Below, piece by piece: positions 9,406 to 18,764 of a DNA stretch of 64,000 nucleotides. The notes below the pieces were generated by a model. It made no database searches. It saw only the letters and a program-made list of their open reading frames with translations, and was not told the origin of the DNA. A program made the translations under genes and the position numbers. The DNA lies in the NCBI GenBank assembly GCA_963766735.1, contig CAVYBU010000002.1, positions 192,001-256,000 of the forward strand, read 5' to 3'. Numbering within the stretch: the first letter of the stretch is position 1; every line of letters starts with the position of its first letter. The stretch is from an uncultured Chloroflexia bacterium (GTDB lineage Bacteria; Chloroflexota; Limnocylindria; Limnocylindrales; CSP1-4).

Positions 9406-9536
9406 GGGACCCTCCTGTGGTTGGTGGTGGCTCGGGTTGCGCACCAGGCCGCGGGTCCCAGGCATGGGACGAGCCGCGGGCCCGGTGTTCGGGGGCCTGC
9501 GGCTCGGGGTCGTGCGTGGCCGTGGAGATGCCTGCA

Positions 9537-9572
9537 CAAACAAAAGAGCCGGGGCCCGGTGGCCCACGGCTC
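9537..9572 (-). terminator. Intrinsic terminator (attenuator) in leader of ABC/rsgA operon
   Basis: Minus strand GAGCCG-U-GGGCC-ACCG-GGCCC-CGGCUC followed by UUUUGUUUG, ~130 nt upstream of the first gene. Confidence 0.85.
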
Positions 9573-9604
9573 GGTGGTCGCTCTGGGGCGCCTGGCCCCG
9601 CGTC

Positions 9605-9688
9605 CTACCTGCTGGTGGGCACACCTCTACCGCTGACGGTGCCGAGGGCAGCCGCCGTGCGCGGGTAGAAGACTGCGTTCTTCACCAT
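9605..9688 (-). CDS. Putative 27-aa leader peptide (uORF) MVKNAVFYPRTAAALGTVSGRGVPTSR
   Basis: ATG with upstream GGAGG, located between the promoter and the terminator; coding region can pair with the terminator 5' arm. Confidence 0.65.
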   Translation of the reverse strand: MVKNAVFYPRTAAALGTVSGRGVPTSR

Positions 9689-9744
9689 GGGGCTCACCGC
9701 CTCCGGTAACAGGACGTGCCGAGCGACCTGCTCAGCCGCCGCGG

Positions 9745-9774
9745 ATACTACGCTCCGCTCGGCGGGCTCGTCAA
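9745..9774 (-). promoter_or_regulatory. Sigma70-type promoter of attenuated operon
   Basis: TTGACG-N18-TAGTAT on minus strand. Confidence 0.6.
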
Positions 9775-9954
9775 CCCCAGCCGACGGTCGCGTGCCGCGG
9801 GCGGATCCTGGCGCGGGTTGGCCAGGCCCCGGGGCGGGTGCCGCCCCTGAGACGACACCCGGCAGCTGAGACGACATCCGGCGCCAGCGATCTTGGAACC
9901 GCGCGCCGCCGCCGCGCGTCGACACGGTGGCGCCCCTCAACGAGGATCCCGATC

Positions 9955-10856
9955 GTGCGTCTGCCGACTCGTCTCCATCGTCACCGTGTTCGCCATGCTG
10001 CTCGTCGCTGCCTGCGGCGGTGCCGGAAGTGCTTCGCCGTCCTCCCCTGCGTCGCCCACGTCGGCGCCCTCGGCGGACCCGACCGCCCAGACCTACTGGC
10101 TCCGGGCCATGCCCACCCAGGCCCTGCCACCCGTCAACGTGTTTGCGATGCAGCCGTCTGTCGTCATCACCGGCGACGGCCTTGTCGTCACCCAGGGTCC
10201 CGTTCCGGCGATCTTCCCGGGACCCCTCATGCCCAACCTGCAGGCGCGCCAGCTGTCCGAGGCCGGGCGCTCAGAGATCCTCGCCGCTGCAGCAGAGCTG
10301 GGCCTGCTCGAGGGCAAGACCGACTTCAGCTCGGGGGAGCCGATCATGGGCGGCATGAGCGGCCGGATCGAGCTCACGGTCGACGGCCAGGCTCGTCACG
10401 CTCACCGGCAACCCCGATGCCCTCATGGAGTGCGTGACCACGCCCTGCGAGCCGCCCGCGGGCTCGCCCGCGGCGTTCGCGGAGTTCTGGCGCCGTCTCG
10501 GCGACTTGCCGTCGTGGATCCCGGACGAGCTGGGCCCGGAGGCGCCGTACGAGGCCCAGGCCTATGCGATCCTCGTCGGCCCCGCCCCGATGCCCGACCC
10601 GAACCTCCCGCAGCCCCCGATGGAATGGCCGCTCGAGCAGCCATTGGGCCTCTTCGGTGGCCCGGTCGCGGACGGCTCCTACCGGTGTGGCACGGTGTCA
10701 GGCGACGACGCGGCCACGCTGCGGCCCGCGCTGGAGGCGGCGAACCAGCTGACCCAGTGGGTCGACGATCCGACGACGAGCGCCACCTTCGGCCTCACCG
10801 TGCGCCCGATGGTGCCTGGCGAGGATGTCTGCCGGGAGGTGTTCGGCCCCGCCTGA
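9955..10856 (+). CDS. Hypothetical lipoprotein, frameshifted (extra G near 10390; start region also out of frame)
   Basis: Lipobox LVAAC plus S/P linker in one frame; continues LVTLTGNPDALMECVTTPC in the +1 frame. Confidence 0.6.
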
Positions 10857-10908
10857 GTCGCAGGTGTCCGGCCGGTGGGGTGTCTTGCCGCTCCGCCGGC
10901 CGGTCGAC

Positions 10909-11475
10909 TCAGGGACGACGCCTGACCACGACCCGCGGTCGTCCCGCGGCCCTGGACGTGGTGGGGGAGACGACCGCGAACCCGGCTCGCTCGAACATCG
11001 CAGTCGTGCCGGTGTAGGCAGCCGCGGAAGCCATCCGATCCCCGCCGGTTTCCACCGGGTAGCCCTCGAGGGTCGTCGCCCCGTTGGCCCTGGCGTATGC
11101 GACCGCCGCGTCAAGCAGCGCGCCGGCCACTCCGCTCCGCCGCGACGTCCTCGCGACCACGAAGCAGTTCACGACCCACACCCCATCCCCGGGGAGCTGC
11201 GGGATCGTGCGCGATCTCGCCAGTCGTCCGAAGTCCTCGCGCGGCCCGAGTCCAACCCAGCCGACAGCCTTCCCGTCCCGCAGCGCCACCAGGCCGGGCG
11301 CCGGATCCCGCCCCACGAGTGCGCGCAGGTCCCGACGGGATTCGTCCACCGAGGTGTACCAGTTGGACCCGGGCTTGCGCCAGAACTGGCACCAGCACGA
11401 CTTCGGGTCGCCACCGGCGGCGAACAGCTCGACGATCGCCGGCCAGACGGCAGGGGACGCGGGCACGATCTCCAC
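10909..11475 (-). CDS. GNAT family N-acetyltransferase (CWC-type)
   Basis: CWC.FWR, WVVNCFVV..TSRRSGVA, EGYPV, YTG..AMF.RAGF motifs. Confidence 0.88.
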   Translation of the reverse strand: MEIVPASPAVWPAIVELFAAGGDPKSCWCQFWRKPGSNWYTSVDESRRDLRALVGRDPAPGLVALRDGKAVGWVGLGPREDFGRLARSRTIPQLPGDGVWVVNCFVVARTSRRSGVAGALLDAAVAYARANGATTLEGYPVETGGDRMASAAAYTGTTAMFERAGFAVVSPTTSRAAGRPRVVVRRRP

Positions 11476-11966
11476 CTGAGGAGGATAACAATGCCCGGTC
11501 GCCCGCCGAGGCTGGTCGCCGGGGCTCAGCCGAGTCGCTCGACCACCAGGACGAAGTCCACACGCTGCGCCCAGAGAACGTGGAGCGTCACGTTGGGGAT
11601 GATGGCGACAACGTCGCCCTCGAGGTCGTTGAGGAACCGCTCGAGGTTGGCCTGATCCCTGGTCATCCGGAGATTGAACCGATGAACGCGGTAGCGCATG
11701 ACATACCTCCGGCCCCAGCGTAGGAGGGCACCGTCCTTCCGATCCAGAGCCGAAGGGTCTAGACCGACCCCACGTATCGGCAGCCCTCGGAACCTGAGGA
11801 GAGGCGTTGCGTCAGGGATGCTCGTGATCGCGGACCGAGGAACCGGGATGACGACGGGGATATCGCGGCAGCCCCGCTTGACACCAGCACGACTTCGGGT
11901 CGCCACCGGCGGCGAACAGCTCGACGATCGCCGGCCAGACGGCAGGGGACGCGGGCACGATCTCCA
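11390..11966. repeat. Perfect 85-bp direct repeat (11390-11474 and 11882-11966) equal to the 5' end of the GNAT gene
   Basis: caccagcacgacttcgggtcg...gggcacgatctcca is identical at both positions. Confidence 0.95.
11526..11699 (-). CDS. Small hypothetical protein (57 aa) between the direct repeats
   Basis: GGAGG RBS; MRYRVHRF...LERFLNDLEGDVVAIIPNV..VDFVLVVE looks like a folded small domain. Confidence 0.7.
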   Translation of the reverse strand: MRYRVHRFNLRMTRDQANLERFLNDLEGDVVAIIPNVTLHVLWAQRVDFVLVVERLG

Positions 11967-11967
11967 T
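11812..11967 (-). pseudogene. Truncated duplicate of the GNAT N-terminus
   Basis: MEIVPASPAVWPAIVELFAAGGDPKSCWCQ, then unrelated sequence and a stop. Confidence 0.75.
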
Positions 11968-12177
11968 CATTCGATGGTAGCGCCGGAGGGAAACGCGGCG
12001 ATTGTCCCCCGGGGGCCAGCGGTTCTCTGGAGAGCCGGCCCAAGCCCGGCGTTGGTGGGACGCTGACTCACCCTGCGTGGTTGCACCAGCGGCGACCGGC
12101 CCCATGGCAGGTGCCCCGACGGCCTATGCTGGTCGGGGTCATCCCGCTCTCGCTGAACCCGCCTCGGAGGTATCGGA

Positions 12178-12597
12178 ATGCTGCGTCGCCTGCTCGTTGT
12201 CGGGTTCATCGCCCTCGCCATCGCGGCCTGTGGGTCGGATTCGGCAACCGAATCCCCGGAGGCGGCCCCGTCCGACGCCCCAGTCGTCACGCCCACCGAG
12301 ACGCCGACGGATGCGCCGATCGATGACCTGACGCCGGGCGAGCCCACCACAACGACCGCCGCGTGCAACGCGGTCGGTGTCCGCAAGAAGGCGTCCACGG
12401 ATGGCGCGCTCATCGTCCGGGTTGGCGCGGGAACCGAGGTCCGCGTGGTGGAGACCGTCGTGGGAGACGCGTACACGGCCGGCAACTGCGGGGCCGCCGG
12501 CGATGCCTGGCTGAAGATCGACCAGGTCGGCGGCAAGGACGTCCAGGCGCTCTACAAAGTCGAGTTCGCGTACGCGGCAGCGGGCTTCTTCAGGTAG
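12178..12597 (+). CDS. Lipoprotein with possible SH3b-like domain
   Basis: Lipobox IAAC, T/P linker, VRKKAST...I.RV.AGT.V.V..W.KI; GGAGG RBS. Confidence 0.7.
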   Translation: MLRRLLVVGFIALAIAACGSDSATESPEAAPSDAPVVTPTETPTDAPIDDLTPGEPTTTTAACNAVGVRKKASTDGALIVRVGAGTEVRVVETVVGDAYTAGNCGAAGDAWLKIDQVGGKDVQALYKVEFAYAAAGFFR

Positions 12598-12681
12598 GAG
12601 AGCGCGCGGCGAGGACGTCGGGCCCGGAGCTGCGGGCGGCGACGCCGGGCCGGGAGCGCGGCGCCGGGTCCCGGACGGCCG

Positions 12682-13029
12682 TCAGAGTGCGGCGATCCCG
12701 GCGATCTCCACCTTGTAGTCCGGCGATGCGAGGCGCGCCTCCACGGTGGCGCGGGCCGGCGGGTTGTCCGTGTCCACCCAGGCGTCCCACGCGGCGTTCA
12801 TGTCCGCGAACGTGTCGATGTCGGATAGCCAGATCGAGACCGTCAGCAACCTCGACTTGTCCGTGCCCGCGGCGGCGAGATGGCGGTCGATCCCGGCGAG
12901 GATCTCGCGGGTCTGCTCCTGGACGGTTGCGGCCGGGTTGTCGCTGACGTGCCCCGCGAGGTAGACGAGGCCACCGTGGATCACGGCCTCGGACAGGCGC
13001 GCACCGGGTTCAAGACGCTGGATGGTCAC
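12682..13029 (-). CDS. RidA/YjgF family protein
   Basis: SEAVIHGGLVYLAG, FADMNAAWDAW, PARATVEA, VEI motifs; GTG after GGAGG. Confidence 0.92.
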   Translation of the reverse strand: MTIQRLEPGARLSEAVIHGGLVYLAGHVSDNPAATVQEQTREILAGIDRHLAAAGTDKSRLLTVSIWLSDIDTFADMNAAWDAWVDTDNPPARATVEARLASPDYKVEIAGIAAL

Positions 13030-13101
13030 GGGTTCCTCCATGGAGCGGCTGCTGGCGGGATGGCAGCAGGGTACCCGGAGCGGACGCGCTAGCATCGGAC
13101 G

Positions 13102-13944
13102 ATGACCGGCTCCCCCAGGGTCCGCGCGCTGGACACGGCCCCTCTGATCGACGCGTTCCTCCGCGAGGGTGTCCTGGACGCGGAGCTGGCGGCCCTCGTC
13201 TGGCTCACGCTGGAGGGCGGGATCCCGATCGTCGTGGCCGGCGAGGCCGGCTCCGGACGGAAGGCGCTGCGCGACGCGCTGCGAGAGCTGCTGCCCGCCG
13301 GTGCCCGGACCGTCACGCTGGCCGGCGAGGCGGAGACGTTCGCATGGATGGCCGAGGCGGTGGAGCTTGGCTGGCGCCACGAGGGAGCGTGGGTGCCGGA
13401 GGCCGATACGGAGCGCATCCGCGCCGGAGACGGTGGCGCGCCCGTCGTGCTGATCGCGGACCTCGAGGACGGATCGGCCGCCGCGACCTGGGGCGAGCAT
13501 GCCCGGCTCGTGATCCGCGCTCTCGCGGTGGGGTACGGGCTGGCGGCGACCGCGACCGGCACCAGGCTCGAGGACGTGCTGGGACGCCTGGCGTCGGCGC
13601 CTGTCGGTGCGATCGACGATGAGCTGACCCGGCTGGGCGTCGTCCTGATCCTCGGCCGCGATGCCGATGCGGGGCGGCGCGTCCTTGCTGCGCACTACCT
13701 GCGCCCGGTGGCGCGCGATCTCCACGGGCACATCCAGCGCCTGCCACCCGCCGTGCTGGCGACGTGGGACCCGTCGGCGGGCCGATTCGAGCACTTCGCG
13801 TGGGGCGTGGTGGGGGAGCTGGCTGGCAGAACCGGTCGCCGGCCCGTGGAGTTCGAGCGCGAGCAGGCGGTGCGGGCGCGGGAACTGGCGACCCGCGCGT
13901 CCGATCGCCCTGCTAGCATCCCGCCCGCACCGTCCACGGGGTGA
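13102..13944 (+). CDS. Hypothetical protein resembling type II/IV secretion (VirB11/TadA-like) ATPase with degenerate Walker A
   Basis: G.LDAELAALVWL...IVVAGEAGSGRK in place of GxxxxGKT. Confidence 0.6.
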   Translation: MTGSPRVRALDTAPLIDAFLREGVLDAELAALVWLTLEGGIPIVVAGEAGSGRKALRDALRELLPAGARTVTLAGEAETFAWMAEAVELGWRHEGAWVPEADTERIRAGDGGAPVVLIADLEDGSAAATWGEHARLVIRALAVGYGLAATATGTRLEDVLGRLASAPVGAIDDELTRLGVVLILGRDADAGRRVLAAHYLRPVARDLHGHIQRLPPAVLATWDPSAGRFEHFAWGVVGELAGRTGRRPVEFEREQAVRARELATRASDRPASIPPAPSTG

Positions 13945-13962
13945 CGGGTCAAGGAGGTTTCG

Positions 13963-14436
13963 GTGGATCTGTTCTACTTCCTGCTGTTCCTGCACGCGCT
14001 GGGCGCGATCGTCGCGTACGGACCGGGCTTCGCCTCGATGGTGGTGGGGCCGATGGTCGCCAAGGAACCGCAGTACGCGAACTTCTACGCGCGCACCCAG
14101 GTGGCCACGGGCCGGGCGATCGTGACGCCGGTCGCGATCAGCATGGCGGTGACCGGTGTCGCGCTCATCGCCGTCAAGGGGTGGAGCAACGTCACTGCGG
14201 GCAAGCACTGGCTGGAGCTGGCGATCCTGCTCTACATCGTCTCCGTCGTGGTCGCGATGGCCGTGCAGGCGCCCGCGGGCCGCAAGCTGGTGGCGCTCAC
14301 GTCTCAGCCGCCCGCACCCGGCGCCGGCCCTTCGCCCGAGATCCGTGCCGCGGCCGGTCGCGTTCGCAAGGGCGGGATGATCCTCTCGGCCCTCGTGGTC
14401 GTCATCGCCTTCCTGATGGTGACCAAGCCCTTCTAG
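13963..14436 (+). CDS. DUF2269-like integral membrane protein
   Basis: LHALGAIVAYGP start, four TMs, C-terminal LMVTKPF. Confidence 0.8.
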   Translation: MDLFYFLLFLHALGAIVAYGPGFASMVVGPMVAKEPQYANFYARTQVATGRAIVTPVAISMAVTGVALIAVKGWSNVTAGKHWLELAILLYIVSVVVAMAVQAPAGRKLVALTSQPPAPGAGPSPEIRAAAGRVRKGGMILSALVVVIAFLMVTKPF

Positions 14437-14710
14437 CGGAGTCGCCAGAAGACGTCGGCCTCATCGAGCGACAGCGCCCCTGTGCTCGCCGCCCGGCTGT
14501 CGTCGTAGCCGGTCCATGGGACCCGGACCGGCGGTCCAAGCGGCCCCCGAAGCCGGACCTGCAGCCCGCGACCGGAACGTCGTTCCGACCCTTCGGCTCG
14601 ACGGCCGGCTGCGGCATGCTGGCGGCATCGCCTGACCCCGCCACGCGCTGCGGCTCGCCGTGCTGCCCGCGGATACCATTGCCCTTGACACCCGCAGGAG
14701 ACCCCGCCCG

Positions 14711-16114
14711 ATGCCCCACGTCGCCACGTCGATCCCCGACCTGCTCGCCAACCTCGCCGGGATCGCCCGCATCGATGGCGACGACCTCGTCATCGATGAC
14801 GAGACCCGTTTCCGCTCGCAGGCGGCCGCCGACCTCGCCTGGACCGCGGCTTTCACTGACGACGAGGCCACGGCCGAGGCGGCCCGCTGGATCGTCTGGG
14901 AGGCGAGCCAGGCGCTGGGTGCCCGCTCGGCCAGCATCCAGGACCTCTACATGGCCCGTTCCCGGGGCGAGATTTCCGGGTTCACGGTCCCGGCCGTCAA
15001 CATCCGCGCCCAGACCTTCGACATGGCGCGCACGTTCTACGAGACCGCGGCCCGCGCGGACGTCGGCGCCGTGATCTTCGAGCTGGCCCGCAGCGAGCAG
15101 ACCTACACGTTCCAGCGACCGATGGACTACGCGACGTCGATCCTCGCCGGCGCCATCGCGGCCGGCTGGAAGGCACCCGTCTTCATCCAGGGCGACCATT
15201 ACCAGTTCAACGCGAAGAAGTACGCCGCGGACCCCGAGGCCATGACCGAGGAGATCCGCCGGGCCTGCCGCCTGGCGCTCGAGGCGGGCTACCGCAACAT
15301 CGACATCGACAGCAGCACCCTCGTTGACCTCTCCAAGCCGTCCCTCGACGAGGAGCAGCGGGAGAACTACCTTCGTGCCGCGGAGCTCACCGCGCTGATC
15401 CGCGGTCTCGAGACGGACGGCGTCACCGTCAGCGTCGGCGGCGAGATCGGCGAGGTCGGCAAGGTGAACTCCACCCCCGAGGAGCTCAGGGCGTACCTCG
15501 ACGGCTACACCAGCGAGCTCGAGGCGCGCGCGCCCGGCGCCAGGGGCCTGTCCAAGGTCAGCGTCCAGACCGGAACCAGCCACGGCGGCGTGCCGCTGCC
15601 CGGTGGCGGCGTGGCCGAGGTCAAGCTGGACTTCAACGTCCTGGCCAAGCTGGGCGAGGTCGCCCGGACGTACGGCCTGGCTGGCGCGGTCCAGCATGGC
15701 GCCTCCACGCTGCCCGACGCGCTGTTCCACAGGTTCCCGGAGGTGGAGACGGCCGAGATCCACCTGGCCACGGGCTTCCAGAACGCGCTCTACGAGCACC
15801 CGGCGTTCCCGGCCTCGCTGATGGACGAGATCTACGCGTGGTGCACGGTGAACGCCGCCGACGAGCGCAAGGCCGACCAGACCGAGGACCAGTTCCTGTA
15901 CACGACCCGCAAGAAGGCCATCGGGCCGTTCAAGCGGCAGATCTGGGACCTGGCCACCAAGGACGAGATCCTCGCGTCGCAGGGCGCCAAGATCGGCTAC
16001 CTGTTCGGGCAGCTCAAGGTCGAGGGCTCGATGGCGCTCGTCGAGCGCTACGTCACGCCCGTGCCCGTCGCGCGCCCGATCCCGGCCGCCCTCAAGGCGG
16101 CGGCCTCGGGCTGA
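14711..16114 (+). CDS. Class II fructose-bisphosphate aldolase (long form)
   Basis: QGDH, DIDSS, GEIGEVG, GTSHGG, VQHGAST and HLATGFQN motifs. Confidence 0.85.
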   Translation: MPHVATSIPDLLANLAGIARIDGDDLVIDDETRFRSQAAADLAWTAAFTDDEATAEAARWIVWEASQALGARSASIQDLYMARSRGEISGFTVPAVNIRAQTFDMARTFYETAARADVGAVIFELARSEQTYTFQRPMDYATSILAGAIAAGWKAPVFIQGDHYQFNAKKYAADPEAMTEEIRRACRLALEAGYRNIDIDSSTLVDLSKPSLDEEQRENYLRAAELTALIRGLETDGVTVSVGGEIGEVGKVNSTPEELRAYLDGYTSELEARAPGARGLSKVSVQTGTSHGGVPLPGGGVAEVKLDFNVLAKLGEVARTYGLAGAVQHGASTLPDALFHRFPEVETAEIHLATGFQNALYEHPAFPASLMDEIYAWCTVNAADERKADQTEDQFLYTTRKKAIGPFKRQIWDLATKDEILASQGAKIGYLFGQLKVEGSMALVERYVTPVPVARPIPAALKAAASG

Positions 16115-16115
16115 C

Positions 16116-16691
16116 ATGACGGGCGACCCCGGCGGCGTTCTGGGGACCGGCGGGGCCGGGCCCCTCCCGGTCTCCGTCCGCCTCGAGGCTCCCGGCGACG
16201 AGCCGGGGGTCCGCCGCGTCCACGTGGCCGCCTTCACCGGCCCCGAGGAGGCGGACATCGTGGACCGGATCCGCCGCGAGGCGCCCGCGGGCTGGCAGTC
16301 GCTGGTTGCCGTGGACGCCGACGGCGGGATCGTCGGGCACGTGCTCCTGTCGCCGTGCCCCGTCGAGGGCGAGGAAGGCAAGCGGGTGGGGGAGGTGCTG
16401 GCCCTGGGCCCGATCGCCGTCCTGCCCGAGGTCCAGCTCCGCGGTGTCGGGTCTGCGCTCATGTCGACGGCGATGAGCCTTGCCCTGGCCCGGGCCGTGC
16501 CGGCGATCGTGCTGCTCGGCCACCCCTCCTACTACCCGCGCTTCGGGTTCGGGAGCGCCCGCGACGCGGGCCTGGAGCCGCCGGCTGCCGCCTGGCCGGA
16601 CGCCGCGTGGATGGCCCGCCTGCTGCCCGCCTGGACGGACGCGATGCGCGGAACGGTGCGCTACCCGGAGGCCTTCGAGCCCCTCGCCTGA
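16116..16691 (+). CDS. GNAT N-acetyltransferase (YhbS-like)
   Basis: SLVA, IVGHVLLS, LGPIAVLPEVQLRGVG, LLGHPSYYPRFGF. Confidence 0.9.
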   Translation: MTGDPGGVLGTGGAGPLPVSVRLEAPGDEPGVRRVHVAAFTGPEEADIVDRIRREAPAGWQSLVAVDADGGIVGHVLLSPCPVEGEEGKRVGEVLALGPIAVLPEVQLRGVGSALMSTAMSLALARAVPAIVLLGHPSYYPRFGFGSARDAGLEPPAAAWPDAAWMARLLPAWTDAMRGTVRYPEAFEPLA

Positions 16692-16727
16692 CGGACTGCG
16701 CGGGCCGAACGCGGTAGGCTCTCGCGC

Positions 16728-17808
16728 GTGGAACCCCAGTCCGGACCCAGTCCCGATCCGGCCCTGCGCCGACAGCAGCCGGTCAGGCTTGCTGCGGGTG
16801 TCCTGGTCGGCGGGCTGGGCGCGGTGCTCGTGGTCGGAGGCCTGCTGGCCATCGCGAAGCCGTCTGTCGCACCGCCGTCGTCGCCGCCTGCCGCGATGGC
16901 ATCGCCCACGTCACAGTCGGCCTCGTCGTCGCCCTCGGCAGAGGGATCGGGTCCGGTCACCGCGCCGCCGTCCGCGTCCGCGTCCGGCCTCATCGCCGAC
17001 CCCATCCGGCGACCCGGTGCTCGTTGGTGCCGGGGACATCGCGCGCTGCGATTCCGACGCCGACGAGGCCACCGCTTCCCTGGTCGACGCGACCCCGGGG
17101 ATCGTCTTCACGCTGGGCGACACCGCCTACGACAGCGGCTCTGAGGCGGAGCTGCGCGACTGCTATGGACCCACCTGGGGTCGCTTCCGCGACCGCACCC
17201 GGTTCGTGGCGACGGGCAACCACGACATCAGGACCGATGGCGGCGCCCCGCTGCGGGCGTACTTCGGTGACGCGGCCACCCGCAACGGCGTCACCTGGTT
17301 CAGCGAGGACGTCGGCACGTGGCACGTCATCGTGCTGGACTCCAACTGCGGTTCGCTGGACGGGGGCTGCGGTTCCGAGTCTGCCCAGCTCCGGTGGCTC
17401 AGGGATGACCTGGCGGCCAGCGACGCGCGGTGCACGGTGGCGCTCTGGCACCATCCGCGGTTCAGCAGCGGCACGCACGGCAACGACAAGGCCGTGGCGC
17501 CGTTCTGGGATGCCCTGTATGCCGCCGGCGCGGACCTGGTGCTCAACGGCCACGACCACGACTACGAGCGGTTCGCACCCCAGGATCCCGAGGGTCGCCA
17601 GGACCGCGAGCGCGGGCTCACCGAGGTGGTGGTGGGGACTGGAGGCGGCCCGCTCCGGGAATTCGCCGCGTTTGCGGACAATGCCGTGGTGCGCTCCAGC
17701 GTCGCCTACGGCGTGCTCGCCCTGACCCTCCAGCCGAGCGGGTGGCAATTCCGGTTCGCGTCCACCGATGGCTCGTTCAGCGACCAGGGGAGCGGCGCCT
17801 GCCATTGA
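16728..17808 (+). CDS. Secreted/membrane-anchored metallophosphoesterase, frameshifted near 16986
   Basis: N-terminal TM and S/P linker in one frame; GAGDI, LGDTAY, GNHD, HHP, GHDH motifs in the +1 frame. Confidence 0.82.
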
Positions 17809-17853
17809 AGGGAGCGGCCACCGCGCTCATCGTCCGGCTGGCATCATCAGCCC

Positions 17854-18693
17854 ATGACATCAACCACCTTCGGGCCCGCCTGGTCCGCATCGCTCGCCCG
17901 CGTCCCGGAAGAGACCTTGCGCGAGTGGCTCGCGTTCGCCCTCGAGGCCTGCGACGCCGCCGACGAGATCGCGCGACGGCACTTCCGGCGCGACCTGGAC
18001 CTCGAGCGCAAGCCGGATCGAACCTTCGTGACCGTCGCGGACCAGGGCATCGAGCGGGAGATCCGATCACGGATCCTGGCCCGCTACCCGGATCACGGCC
18101 TGGTGGGCGAGGAGTACGGCACCGAGGCAGGCGACGCCGTGACGCGCTGGTTCATCGACCCGATCGACGGGACGCACAACTTCATCCGGGGCGTGCCGCT
18201 GTTCGGGACGCTGCTCGGCGTGGAGCACGAGGGCGAGCTCCAGGTGGGAGTGATCTCCGCGCCGGCGATGCGCGAGCGGTGGTACGCCTATCGGGGCGGT
18301 GGCGCCTGGAGCGTCGGCCCGGACGGCGAGCGACGGATCCGCGTCTCGCGGGTGGCGGCGCTCGAGGATGCGCAGCTCCTGTACGGCAGCCGGACCGAGA
18401 CCGTGGCGTCGGGGTACATGCCGGGGTTCGACGCGACCGTCGCCGCCGCCTGGCGGGAGCGTGGATTCGGTGATTTCTGGGGCTACGCACTGGTCGCGGA
18501 GGGCGCCGCTGAGGCGATGTTCGAGACCGGCATGAGCACCTGGGACCTGGCCGGGCCGCTGGTCGTGATCGAGGAGGCGGGCGGCCGTGTCACGGACGTG
18601 TTCGGGGAGCGGCGGATCGACGCCCCGTCGTTCGTGGGGTCAAACGGGCTCCTGCACGAGGAGCTGCTCCGCCGGCTGCGTGCCGAGGACTGA
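17854..18693 (+). CDS. hisN: Histidinol-phosphatase (inositol monophosphatase family)
   Basis: VTVAD, GEE, WFIDPIDGTHNF.RGVP, RGFGDFW, WDLA. Confidence 0.8.
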   Translation: MTSTTFGPAWSASLARVPEETLREWLAFALEACDAADEIARRHFRRDLDLERKPDRTFVTVADQGIEREIRSRILARYPDHGLVGEEYGTEAGDAVTRWFIDPIDGTHNFIRGVPLFGTLLGVEHEGELQVGVISAPAMRERWYAYRGGGAWSVGPDGERRIRVSRVAALEDAQLLYGSRTETVASGYMPGFDATVAAAWRERGFGDFWGYALVAEGAAEAMFETGMSTWDLAGPLVVIEEAGGRVTDVFGERRIDAPSFVGSNGLLHEELLRRLRAED

Positions 18694-18764
18694 GTGCAGT
18701 TCGAACGGGAGGCTGAACGGTGCCCGGGCTGGGCACCGCGGCGGGGTGCCCGTGGAGCGGCTGA

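Noticed and set aside
10380-10400. Programmed ribosomal frameshifting at the frameshifted genes
   Set aside because: No slippery heptamers or stimulatory structures were seen, and these families are not known for recoding.
12114-12138. CCCCGAC-N11-GTCGGGG inverted repeat around a TATGCT box upstream of the lipoprotein
   Set aside because: Short GC-rich arms are likely by chance at this composition, so support is insufficient.
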